Assembly: GCF_009914755.1 (NCBI RefSeq)
Contig: NC_060935.1
DNA from: the human T2T-CHM13v2.0 reference genome, Homo sapiens
DNA: 64,000 bases
Strand: one strand, 5' to 3'
The position numbers and the translations under genes were made by a program. Below the pieces are notes generated by a model. It did not search any database and was not told the DNA's origin. It worked only from the letters and a program-made list of their open reading frames with translations. The first letter of the stretch is position 1, and every line of letters begins with the position of its first letter. This document shows positions 1 through 12,750 of the stretch, one piece after another.

Positions 1-513
1 CCGGCTCCAGCACACAGACCACAGCCGGGCAGACCCCGCAACTAGGCAGACCCCCACTCGGGGCTGTGGGTGAGGACGAGAAGGAAGGTGGAGGGCGCCA
101 AGCCCTGCAGCTGGCTGTCAGAGGAACCGAGGAAGCACGGAGAAAGCCAGCTCCCCAGTGGACTCTGCATGTGCCGTTTTGTCTCCATGTTGTGACATCC
201 CAAAGTCAAACGCGGAAGCTCTCTTGTAATTTATTATGTAACTGGGACTGGAATGCAGAACTACTGGAGGGCGTTGCTGCCAATCAGAAGTGCCAGTGTC
301 GGGAGGTAGTGATGGTGGGGTGAGGAAAAGCAGGAAAGACACAGAAATCAATGCTCACAGCCGACAGGTGCTCCAGCCCTGGACAGCTAGGACCCTGTGA
401 TCTTGCATCTCCCGGCACCTCAAGACAAACAGAGCACTTGGCCCTACGAGGATTTTAAACTAGGGGTGGGGGGTGGGGGGCTGATGCTGCCTTGATGGTT
501 GTGGGGAGCTAGG

Positions 514-527
514 GTTTCTATAGCAAC
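514..527. promoter_or_regulatory. RFX X-box motif
   Basis: GTTTCTATAGCAAC matches the near-palindromic RFX consensus GTTNCYATRGCAAC; lies in non-repeat DNA. Confidence 0.5.
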
Positions 528-1096
528 AAGCAGCTGCTGCATCTGATGTTTCACATCCTTCATTGTCCTCATTTTCCCCTCCCTCCCCCCCTTCTTGTGC
601 ATATTTAATTGCAGTAACGTTTTCAGACACAGTGTTTTGCTCCTCCTGAAACAAAGGCAGGCTGCAGCCAGGGGGATGCACAGCGCGAGAGGGGAAGGAG
701 AAATCAGGGGTATGATGTTAGTCCCCTTGGGGGGGCTTGTGCAACATCAGTTCTGCATGTTTGATGAGCATCGGACGGTGGACCCTGCTGGGGAAGGAAG
801 GAGCAAGAGGCATGTGGAGTGAGCCTCATACAGTGTGGAGAGCGGAGGGAGGCCCGGCCCGCTGTTTGGGGATGGAGACGGGCCAGGGTTGGACAACATG
901 GCTGGCCTCCCGGGCTGGCAGCCCATGCTCTGCACCCCAGAGGCAACTAGCCATCCCTGGGAAGGGAGAAGAGTAGCTGGCCCACGTTCTCTGCTTTGAG
1001 GCAGGCTGGGTCCCACGGGAGAAGGAAAAAATGGCAGCCAGTACCTCCGGGTCCAGCACCAATCCTGAAGCCACTTGGACAGGTTGGGGGAGGTGG

Positions 1097-1200
1097 GACA
1101 TTTGGGGTTGACAGCATAATTTGGGGTTGCTAAGGGCATTTAGTGGTTAGGGGCTTGAGTCACAAAGAACTGTTCCACCCCAAATGCCAACAGTGTCCCT
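1097..1200 (+). mobile_element. MER20-like hAT DNA transposon fragment
   Basis: gcatttagtgg...cacaaagaactgttccaccccaaatgccaacagtg resembles the MER20 3' half; degraded. Confidence 0.4.
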
Positions 1201-1461
1201 GTGGGTTTAGGCTGGAGGGTGCCATTCCTTTAGGCTGTAAGACCAAGACACAGAGCTACGTTTAAATGCTGACTGTGCCCTTGACATTGCTTGATTGATT
1301 GACATATTTCAAAGGCTGTGGTATCATCTATCTACATGCTTATGACTAGGGGAGTGGTTGGTTTCTGCTTTTCTTCCTTTTATTATTACTACAAAGACCC
1401 TGACCTGTTTTGCCATCCCCTTTTCTCTGTGATCTCGAGCAGGACTCTACTTTTTTTAAAG

Positions 1462-1670
1462 CTAAGTATTTATTGAGTAGCTATTACAAATTAGGCCAAT
1501 GACTTTACGTACATTATCTCATTTAATCCCCACAACCCTTTGAAATGGATACAATTATTATTAACTGAAGCACAGAGAAGTTACATAATCCATCCAAGGT
1601 CACACAGCTAGAAGGTGGTAGAGCCTGGACCATTAGTCGACTTCCTATGCTCTTCCAAAGCTCTGTGCTG
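1462..1670 (-). mobile_element. MIR SINE
   Basis: Antisense MIR core aactgaagcacagagaagttacat...ccaaggtcacacagctag. Confidence 0.75.
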
Positions 1671-2099
1671 GACTGACTCTCCTAGAATGACAGCACCACT
1701 CATAGGGACATATGGTCAGCCAGCCTCTGCCTGGTCGCTTCTGTCAATGAGGTCCTCACTGCCTCCTGGAGGAGCATTCATCCATCCAGCTCAGTTTGGC
1801 TGAATCTATCACGTCTTTCTGGAGTGTCTCCAGGTCTTGGTCTGGGCACCATGGGAGAAGTCCTGGACTTGGTCTCTGCCCTCTGGGATCCCACAGTTAG
1901 GAGACAATATCCTTCCACCATGGAAGGCGTGGCCGTCAGTGCTGGGGTACTGGGGAAGGCTGTGGAAGGTCTTGTGGAAGCTATGAGTAAAAGGAGCTGT
2001 ACAAAGGGGGGCTGGGCCACCAGGGGTGGCGGGGAAAGCCCAGGGTGGGGATATAGGAGGCCAGGTTGGAGTCCAGGCTCTGCCACTCATGTTGGGGTG

Positions 2100-2537
2100 T
2101 ATCCTGGGTTGAATAGCATCCCCCCAACAAATTAGTGCCTCCTAGGATCTGTGAATGTGACCTTACTGGAAATACGGTCTTTGCAAATGTAATCAAGTTT
2201 AAATGGGGTCCTCCTGGGTTAGATTGAGCCCTGAGTTCTAATAAGACTAGTGTTCGTCTAAGAAGAGGGCGATCTGGACACAGACACGCACCCAGGGAAA
2301 GTGCTGTGCAGAGGCGGAAGCAGAGGCAGGAGGATGCACGTAACAGCAACGAAACGCAAGGATTGCCAGCAGCCACCAGAAGCTAGGAGAGGCCAGGAAG
2401 AACCCTCCTCTGGAGCCTGTAGAGAGACGCTGGCCCTGCCAGCACCTCCATTTTGGACTTCCAGTCTCCAGAACTCTGTTGTTTAAAGCCACCCAGTTTG
2501 CAGTGATTTCTCATGGCAGCTCTGGGCAGCTCACCCA
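2100..2537 (+). mobile_element. MLT1 (MLT1B/C-like) MaLR solo LTR inserted in a MIR
   Basis: MLT1 start (tatcctgggttgaat), gaatgtgaccttactggaaat, gacttccagtctccagaact, ends in CA; 5-bp TSD GGGTG at 2095-2099 and 2538-2542. Confidence 0.85.
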
Positions 2538-2616
2538 GGGTGCCTTTAGAGAGGGCCAGTCTTCTCTCAGACCCTCAGTTTCCCATCCGTAAAAAGAGGG
2601 GAATTTGGATTTGGTG

Positions 2617-2760
2617 AGTGTTTTCAACCATGTTTGTAGATGAGAATCATCAAAGGATCTTTTCAAATGGAACTCTGAATCTCTGAGGGTGTGGTGGTCT
2701 GGGAATGGATTTTTTAAAGAGCTGTAGGGAGTGTCTTATGTGCAGGGCAGAGAACCCCTG
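2617..2760. mobile_element. MER5A-like hAT-Charlie MITE
   Basis: agtgttttcaacc...gaatca...tctgaatctctg...gagaacccctg pattern. Confidence 0.5.
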
Positions 2761-3891
2761 GATGAGATCAATTTGCAAAGACTCTTCACACTCATTGACA
2801 ATTTGATGTCTCCATGATCCCACTATACTAGCGCAAGCCCCATTTCTTCTTCAGGAAAATGGAGAAAAGAAATAGAACTGATGTCACAGGGCTGTTGGGA
2901 GGATTAAATTAAATACTGAGTATGAAAGTCCCCAGCACGTGGGTGGCTGGCTCCATGTCATCTCAGGAAGATGAAGGGCCGGAGTAGCTGAGGTTGGGGC
3001 TGCCGGGCCCCCAGCGCCTCCTGCGGTCAGGCCTCCTGCAGGTGGACTCCCTCCTTCCTCCTCAGGAGCTGGGTTGGAGAGCAGGGAGCTTGGAGATGAA
3101 GAAGCCTCCTTGGCAATTCTGAGGCCCTGCACACAGGTGTTAAGTGAGCTGACAGCATCTTTTCTGTCTTTTTCTAAAAGGTCAGAGAGCTGGGCTTTCG
3201 AGACTCCCTGGAGCTGCAGGAGCCATGGAGAGATAATTGATAGAAACCTCTGGGTTTCTGGCAGCCCCAGAGGGCTGGACAGAGAGAAGCCACCCTCTGC
3301 AAAGGTGGGGCCCTGGCTGCTCTGCTCTCAGGGAGGGGTGAGGGGGAGTGTGGTGGGGAGAAGGTGATAGACAGGGGAGGAGGGGGAAACTGGGGGTTTG
3401 GGGGAGGATCTGAACTGGACAGATCCCACTGCAGTCTCTAGAGCAAAGGAAAGGAAAGGATTGAAGGAGGCAGGGGCCAGCAGCCTCCTGACTGGCCACC
3501 CTGAATCCACCACTGCCCCTCCTCCTTCTGTCCCCAGCACACAGCCAGAGAAATGCTTTCAATCCACGTCAGATCCTGCGGCTCCTCTGTTCAGAATCCT
3601 CCAGTGCATTCCCATCTCAATCCGGTCATAAAACAGGCACTCAGTACGTGTTTCCAGAATGAATGCACGAAGAAATTTCCCAAAACTCTACGGCAGTTTT
3701 GTCCCCATTTCACTCACGAGGAAACTGCAACCCAGAAAAGTCTGATCCCAGCTGGAAATTCACCTTCTTCAGGAAGCCTTCCCAGATTAAACCCACTCCC
3801 ATTTCTGAGTGTTTCTGCACCTGGCAAACCTCTTGTCCTGCTAATCACTATTTCTACTACAACCAGTTAGACCTTTAAGAAAAATGGTCTA

Positions 3892-4211
<320 letters not shown>

Positions 4212-4284
4212 TTAGCAGTGGCAAGAGGTTTGCCAGATGCACACAAAAGTGAGCATTCAAAAGTCAAGATTAAGTAGTGTGATG

Positions 4285-5155
4285 GTTCCCCCCAAAATAA
4301 AAAATAGAATTACTATACGATCCAGTGATTCTACTTATGGGTATATATCCAAAAGAACTGAAAGCAGGGAGAGAGATATTTGCACACCCAAGTTCATAGC
4401 AGCGTTATTCACAATAGCCAAAAAGGTGGAAGAAACCAAACTGTCCATCAACAGACAAATGGATAAACGACATGTGATATATACATACAATGGAATATTA
4501 TTCAGTCTTGAAAAAGATGGAAATTTGGGCACGTGCTTCAACATGGATGCGTCTTGAGGACATTATCCTAAGTGAAATAAGCCAACTGCAAAAAGGCAAA
4601 TATGGCATGATTCTACTTTACTTATAGGAAGTATTGGAGTTGTCAAGCTCATAGAGACAGAAAGTAGAATGGTGGTTGCTAGGGGCTAGAGGGAGGGAAA
4701 AGGGGGAGTTGTTTAATGCAGGGGTTCCCAACCTTGGGGCCGTGGACCAGTACCTGTTCGTGGCCTGTTAGTAACTGGGCCTCAGAGCTGGAGGTGAGTG
4801 GCAGGCGAGCGAGCATTTCCTCCTGTCAGATCAGCAGCAGCATTAGATTCTCACAGGAGTGCGAACCCTATTGTGAACTGTGCCTGCGAGGGATCTAGGT
4901 TGCACGCTCCTTATGAGAATCTAATGCCTCATGATCTGAAATGAAACAGTTTCACCCGTATCCCCCTACCCCTGTCCCGTGGAAATATCGTCTTCCATGA
5001 AACCAGTGGGGGACTGCTGGTTTAAAGGGAATGGAGTTTCAGTTTTACAAAAGGCAACTGAACTTAAACATGACTGAACTTAACCCTTAAAAATGATTAA
5101 GATGGTAAATTTTATGTTATGTATATTTTACCACAATTAAAGTTGAAAAAAAATT
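4285..5155 (+). mobile_element. L1MB-type LINE-1 3' fragment, interrupted by MER1B
   Basis: ORF2 C-terminal remnant (FIAALFTIAK) and old L1M 3'UTR ending atattttaccacaattaaa. Confidence 0.85.
4719..5019 (+). mobile_element. MER1B hAT-Charlie DNA transposon
   Basis: caggggttcccaac...ggggactgctg termini, diagnostic cagatcagcagcagcattagattctca; 8-bp TSD GTTTAATG/GTTTAAAG. Confidence 0.9.
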
Positions 5156-5187
5156 TAAGTCAAGGCTATAAAAAGTTGGAATGAGTG

Positions 5188-5418
5188 ATAGGTGGGATTT
5201 GAACAATGAAATCACTTGGACACAGGGCGGGGAACATCACACACTAGGGCCTGTCGGGGGATGAGGGGCTGGGGGGAGGGATAGCATTAGGAGAAATACC
5301 TCATGTAAATGACGAGTTGATGGGTGCAGCAAACCAACATGGCACATGTATGCCTCTGTAACAAACCTGCATGTTGTGCACATGTACCCTGGAACTTAAA
5401 GTACAGTAATAATAATAA
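5188..5418 (+). mobile_element. 5'-truncated L1PA (approx. PA5-6) 3'UTR
   Basis: gggagggatagcattaggagaaatacc...gtgcacatgtaccctggaacttaaagta; perfect 18-bp TSD aaaaagttggaatgagtg at 5170-5187 and 5419-5436. Confidence 0.92.
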
Positions 5419-5697
5419 AAAAAGTTGGAATGAGTGTCTTTGTCAGGTAGTGAGTCTCCTGTCACTGGGGGGTATTTAAGTTGATGCTGAAGAAACCCTT
5501 GGCTGAGATATTGCGTAGGGGATTTCAGTCTTGAATAGAAGAAATAAACCAGACCATCCTTAAGAACCTTTCTCCCCCAGCGATTTAGAAGTTCACGGCT
5601 TAAGGAATGTTGGAGCTGCAATAACCCTTGAGGATCATCTACTACGGGGATTTTAAAATGCGTGTGTCTGCACGTGCATTTGCACACTTCCACCCCA

Positions 5698-6002
5698 AGG
5701 CCTTTGCTGTCACAAATTCCTTTTGGCCTGAAATGCTTTTTCCTTGACTTACTTCTGGCCTCATTCAGGTCTCTGCTTAGTAGACAGCTCCTTGGAGAAG
5801 TCTTGTCTGACCACTCTCTAAAAATTAGACTGTGTCCCTCGTCCCTGCCCAACTCTTTACTCTGCTTTATTTGTCCTTGGAGCACACGCTGCTTCTGTTT
5901 GAGAGCAAGAAGTTATTTTGGTTCACCCTGTATGCCAGCTCCAGAAGACATCTTGCACACAGCAGATGCTCAGTGAACATCTGATGTGTTGAATCAATGA
6001 AT
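5698..6002 (+). mobile_element. L2 3' end fragment
   Basis: cctttgc...cattcaggtctctgct...gcacacagcagatgctcagtgaa...tgaat terminus. Confidence 0.6.
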
Positions 6003-6565
6003 CCTGGCAGTGGAGGAGGCATCTCCACATGGGGTGAGGCAGCTGAACTTCCAACCTGGACTCCTGTTCCCAATGTGCCCTGTGCCCTGGTTGTCTCTCC
6101 CCCTCTAGCCACTGCTGCCACATTGCAATGGTTTGGGCCACTATTTCCTCTTTGGGCCACTTTGATCCTTTCCTTGTTTCCCCAGCTTGGGACATAAAGC
6201 AAGATGGATGGTTTGGAGCTAACAGAAGAGAAAAAGTACAGACAAGAACACAGCCCAGGTTGTCTGGACTGTAAGCCATGGTGGTCTTATCTTAGTGAGG
6301 CCCCTGCAAGGCCTCCCAGCTGAGCCCATGTGGGCAGTGGGACCTCACACTTCCCATGGCAGGGCCCAGGGGGAAGGTGGGAACAGACACTCCCTCAGTA
6401 GCATCCCGGCTTCTGTGTCCCTCTCCGACTAAAGATGTACCTCTTCTTCGTTAGGTGATTAGATTGGAAATGCTACCCCCAGCCCGAAGAGGGACTACTA
6501 GCAACACAGGGCTGCTGGTTTCAGGATGGAACCACATTCAAGTCCAGGACCCAACATTCAGATCA

Positions 6566-6931
<366 letters not shown>

Positions 6932-7249
6932 AGTGCAGGCGATGTAGTGCTGTGCTCTGAGGAAAGAGAAGCCCTGGACTCAAGCTGCCTTGGGTGGTTC
7001 CATCTCTGCCTGTCTTAAGGGGAGCTCAATCTCTTACACATGAAAGGTTTCCACAGCTCGGGCCCTTGTGGAAGAAGCCCTGTGTCCAGGCACCAGCAGC
7101 TATAAACTTCCCCTCCCCAACTCTTTTAGGTACCTCTCTCCAAGCACTGTACTTTGGATTTGGAGAGAGATCCAGGTGAAATATCTTAAATTGTTATAAA
7201 AACTGCGAGAAAAGCACCCCGAGGTGCATGAATCAGTGGGCACCCATGT

Positions 7250-7445
7250 GCTGAAATGCCTATCAAATACTAGGCACTGTGCCAGGCACATCTTCCCTCT
7301 CTTGACCATTGGTACACACCTAGGAAGACCATCCTTCTCTTCCTTTACAGATGAGGAAATTATGGCTTGGGCTAAGAGACTTGTTCAAGCCACACATCTA
7401 GTGAGTGGAAGAGCCTGGACTCACACCTGGGGCTCCTGAACACAA
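7250..7445 (-). mobile_element. MIR SINE
   Basis: tttacagatgaggaaat...gacttgttcaagccacacatctagtgagtgg. Confidence 0.65.
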
Positions 7446-7861
7446 ATTCAGAGCTGTTTCCTCCAACCCTGCTGCCAGGAAAGTGTGTGCTGCATGCTGG
7501 GGGTGCTTTGGCTAACCCCTTCCCCGTGAGGTGGACTTCTCTCTCCTTTCTGGGCAGAGGTTGGTCCCCTGGCCTCTTCATTCTTCCGATGGAGGCTTCC
7601 CTCTCACTAGCCAGGGCCACAGTAGGTGGGTGGGCAAATGGTGAGATGAGACCAGTTTTGGAAGACATTACAGTTACTGAATGAAAGAGTGGATGAATGA
7701 TCTCACAGGCTAGTGTAGAGTGAAGTAAGAGGTTAGGGGGACTCAGAAGCTGAGGCTTAGGGAGAAAAAAAATCCTGCCATGATCAGTTGCCATGTGTTA
7801 GTGGGAAGTGTGATCTTGGGCAGGTGGCTGAATGTGCCTGCAAGGGAGCATGGTGCATGCG

Positions 7862-8068
7862 CTGGCATGTTGTGTACCTGCGCTGGCTTGTGAACCTGTG
7901 CTCGTGTGTGTACCTGCACTGGTGTGTGTACCTGCACTGGCATGTTGTGTATCTGTGCTGGCATGTTGTGTACCTGTGCTGGTGTGTGACCCTGTGCTGG
8001 TGTGTGTACCTGCACTGGCATGTGTACCTGCGCTGGTGTGTGACCCTGTGCTGGTGCATGTACCTGTT
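7862..8068. repeat. Minisatellite/VNTR, 11 units of 18 or 21 bp
   Basis: Units CTGGTGTGTGTACCTGCA (18 bp, eight variants) and CTGGCATGTTGTGTACCTGTG (21 bp, three variants). Confidence 0.95.
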
Positions 8069-9359
8069 GGGTACACTTGCACAGGCTGATGGGGCATTGT
8101 AGGGGACAAGAAAGGGGCTGGCAGCTTAGGGAGGCATAGGTCCCAATGGGTACTATACAGAGCTCTGTATTTGGAGGTTTGAGACCTGCCACCTACCAGC
8201 TGTGTGGCTTTAGGAACACCTGTTAACCTTTCTGGGCGTTTGCTCACCCCCAAATTAGGGATTCTAAACCCCGATTTTCTCTGTTCGTGGAGTTCTTCTG
8301 TGGTGTCCATGCAACAATACTTATGAAAGGCTGTTGTGATGTATATGCACTGCATGCTTATAGGGCAGTTTTTTTTTTTGTTTGTTTTGTTTTTTTTAAA
8401 GATCTTAATACTAAATGGGAGGCAGGTCTATGATGCGTATGTAGTGCATAGGTATTCACATGGGGTTGGGAGCTGCTTTTCCACTATTGGAGTCAGATGC
8501 CTTCCTGAAGCAGGAAAACCAGAAGCTGAGGAAGGGGTTTCCTGCTTTGCCTCCCCCATTTCCTCTGCAAGGAAGGTCCCAGTAGGCAATGGGGGATATG
8601 GAGTCAGAGGGAGGAGGAAGCGAATAGGGTGAGGCTTTGCATTGAGACCAGGCTTTGGCCACAGGGTCAGAAAAAAATCGTTGTCTCTCTTGGAAGAGAA
8701 GAGCTACTTAGTCTGTCACAGCTCAAGTCTGTTTCCTGGGGTAGCTTCAGGATGCCAGGGCCTCGAAGTACCTCAACTGGCCCCCAGGGACCTCCCAATT
8801 CAAAAAGAGAAATTGCAATCAATACAGGTTACCAGTTGCTGCTCCATGCAATACAGATTTATAAAAACAGTGTCGTCAGCCTGCAGTGTGGAGCCTGCAG
8901 ATAGTTCATAGGACTAATGAGATAACTTGCCCCACAATCAGGGCTGTCCTTTCCTCCCAAGCTATTTGTGCTGTGGGGCAGGGCAGTTGAGGGTGATGGA
9001 TACTTCCTGGCTGGCGGGAATTAGCTCCTGCCTGGGGGCCCTGGCACCAGGGCAGCCTGCGGGGAGCAAGTCAAGGCGGACTCTGCAGGGCACCTTCCTT
9101 TCTTTCCTTTTGGTTCCACCTGCTGATGGTGAATAACCTGGGAGTCCCTGCCAGCCTGGGTTTGAAAAAACCAAGGGAAGCCAGGCCCATCCTTCTTCCT
9201 CTCCTTTCCTTGGACTCTGAACTCCTAGGATTGTAAACCCTCAACTCAGTACCCCAGAGGGAGATTTGTAGCAGAGTGAAAAGCACATGAGATGTGAGTC
9301 GGGAACAGGGATTCAAGTCCCAGCTCAGGCCAGGCTGGCTCTAGGTTTTAGATCCTCCT

Positions 9360-10045
<686 letters not shown>

Positions 10046-10789
10046 TCATCTGGACATGCTCTTCCCTAGGACTCTTCCAGCACTAACAGACATTCTAGAA
10101 CCGGGTCCTGCTCTGCAAAGACATGAAGATGGGGAGGGGAGAAAGGCAGAGGGGAGCCAATTCTGAAGGTCACCAGGCTTCAGGCTGTACTGTACAGGCT
10201 GGGTTCAGAGAATGTGATGGGGAAGAAAGACTGAGTCTAAGACCATCCGGTGGGCATCAGGGGCCAGGAGCTGAGGGGAGGCAGGGAGGAAGCTGAAGGC
10301 ATCATCCAGGGATGAGGTGGGCAGGGAACTAGCCCTGGGAATGGGTCGTTAACACAGGCTGGGCCTCATCTGCACCCTCAATCAAAGACTCAGATCTCAT
10401 CCCCCGTGGAGGAAACCGAAGCACAGCGTCACACAACTCATCTGTGTGGTCAGAGCGCAGATGTCAAGAGCAGCCTCCTGTCTCCTGGCCCATTGCTGTT
10501 TGCTTGTGCAACTGGGGTCAGGCAGGGTGGACACGCCTGGGTCAGGAGAAGAATGGATGGATGGGAGGCGGGACCTCGGCTATGCGAACTTGTGCGAGGC
10601 ACGCAGAGCCAGAAGCTTTGGCCTGCCCGTCAGTGCTGAAGTGGTGTCACCACCCCCAAGTCCCCCTTTCTGCACTGTAAAGGGGAACAGTCAGGTCCCA
10701 CCATCTTTATCTCTGCCTTTGGGCTCTATAGGAGATGGCATTACTGGAGAGACAGGTGTCGGAAGCACTCAGGAGGACACAGGAAGTTA

Positions 10790-11005
10790 ACAGCATGGTA
10801 GAGCAGAGAGAACCCAGCTCTGCAGTCAGAAGGCTTGGATTGGACTTGGGTTCTCCTGTCTAGCTGGATGACGCCACGTGAGCCACTGAATCTCTCTGAA
10901 CCTGTTTCCTGTGACAATTACCAGTTAACGAGTGCACCCAGCGCAGTGCCTGGTACATAACAGGTGATCAGCAAGTGTTGAACAACTGAATGAATAAATG
11001 AATGC
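10790..11005 (+). mobile_element. MIR plus L2-type 3' end
   Basis: cagcatggtagagcag...ctctgcagtcaga; gtgcctggtacataacaggtgatca...tgaatgaataaatgaatg. Confidence 0.55.
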
Positions 11006-12289
11006 ATAGCTCTTCTAAGTGGGGGACTCAGAACTTGACCTGGATCTCAGTCTCCAAGTCCAGGGCTCTGCCAGCCATTCCCACCAACTCCTAACTGCCC
11101 ACAGACTGGTCTTTTAAGTAGGTGGGAGGGGTGTGGAGTTACCAGAAAGGACCCTACTCAGCTTCCCGGGAGCCCTGACAGAGTGACCACTTGGGGCAAC
11201 TGAGATCTAGAAGGGTCCCTCACTGTCTCCGGAGCAGCTCCTAGAGGTCTTAGGGGTGCAGAGGGTGGGGAGCAGCAGACAAATCTGGGGGAGGGGGTGC
11301 AGAGGCACGGTGGCTAGTTCTCTCTCTCCCCGAATCCTTTCCTCTAAATACAGCTCTATCTTTCTCTACCCCAGGATTAGCACACATCTCTCATCCTCAT
11401 ATTGCAACAAGATTTTATTTCTAATTATGCTGTAATAAAACTGGAGCGCTCCCAGGCTTCCTTTCAAATGACTTGTACACACACTGCAGATTGGGCCCTC
11501 CTCAGCCCCATTGTAATAGCATTTCCCTGACATTCATTAGACATGCATGAGAGGGGCGCTTTAAGAATAGAATTGCATTTAAATGGATTTGCTGAGAGAG
11601 GAAGATGAAAAAAAGAGAGGCGAGGAGTGGGGAGAGGGAGAGGGAGAGAGGTTTGTTGAACAAACTATGAAAACAAGATGCCATAATAACAGGGTGCTGA
11701 AATAAGCCTCTTTATTCCCGGCCCTCGTCCGCTGCACATGGCAGAGCCCAGCCGGGGGCGACAGCCTCCAACCCTCCCCAGAGCCCCCACCCCCACTTTT
11801 ATGTTTCCCGCTGGGGGTGCTTTGTAGCTCTCACTCCATGTGTCAGATGCTCACGGTATAATAGAAATCACTGTTATTACAATTCGGGAAAGCTACCTCC
11901 TTGCAACAGAACCCCCGTAGCTGCACGGCGGCAGGGAAGGGGACCCTTGTGTGCCTGGGCCTTGGGGAGGAGGATGGCAGCTGCCCGCCCTTGGCTCGCT
12001 TCTAAGGCGCGGCCCCACCCTTCTGCTCCTGCCCTGAAGGACCGCCCTACACCCTACACCGCCATTAGCCACTGAGCAGTTGGGATTGTTCTTTTACCCT
12101 GGGTGGCTCTGCAGCTAGGAGGTGGTAGGAATAGCAGGGATATGCTTTCTGACCCCAGGGCCTGGCCCTCATGGAGCCCTGCTCCCTGCTCAACCTTCCC
12201 TCCCCCAACACCCCGCGTGCTATAAAGGCCGCTCTGCTGCCGTTTAGCAAGCAGCTACTGTGTGTCTGTAAGACTTGTGGTCTTATCTA

Positions 12290-12750
12290 ATTCATTCTCA
12301 CTATAGCCAGACAGACTCACTTGAAATAGACATCTGATCATGCTGAAAACATCTCGTGGCTTCCTATTTTTCTCAGGATGAAGACCAAAATCCTTAGCAG
12401 GGCAGCCCAAGCCCACAGTCATGCCCCTGACCTCCAGCCACGCTGGTCCTCCGCTCCCAAGCCTTGCTGCTGCTCATGACACTCTCCCACCCCTTCCCAG
12501 GGTTCATCCTGACCCACCCCTTAGAGTCAGCTCACATCCCCTTCCTGGAGAAGACCCCCACCACGGGTCTTTCTGCCTTATGTGCCGCTTCACTGCATAC
12601 TCGTCTCTACTGGGACAAGGTGTGGACTGAGACATGCAAGGCCTGGTACTGTCCCTAGAGAGTAAGCCCTTGAGGGCAGGTGTGGATCCCAGCGGCCGCT
12701 GTCGCCCCAGCCTTGTCTCAGTGGCAAAGGCTCAATACCGTGGAATGGAT
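12290..12750 (+). mobile_element. L2 fragment
   Basis: cattctcactatagccaga...tctgatcatg...caaaatccttagc, typical of the L2 3' region. Confidence 0.5.

Noticed and set aside
225-240. AATAAA on the minus strand as a gene 3' end
   Set aside because: A hexamer alone is uninformative and no upstream terminal exon was identified.
7743-8355. Repetitive ORFs and CRISPR-like periodicity
   Set aside because: Tandem minisatellite with no spacers or cas genes; the ORFs arise because unit lengths are multiples of 3.
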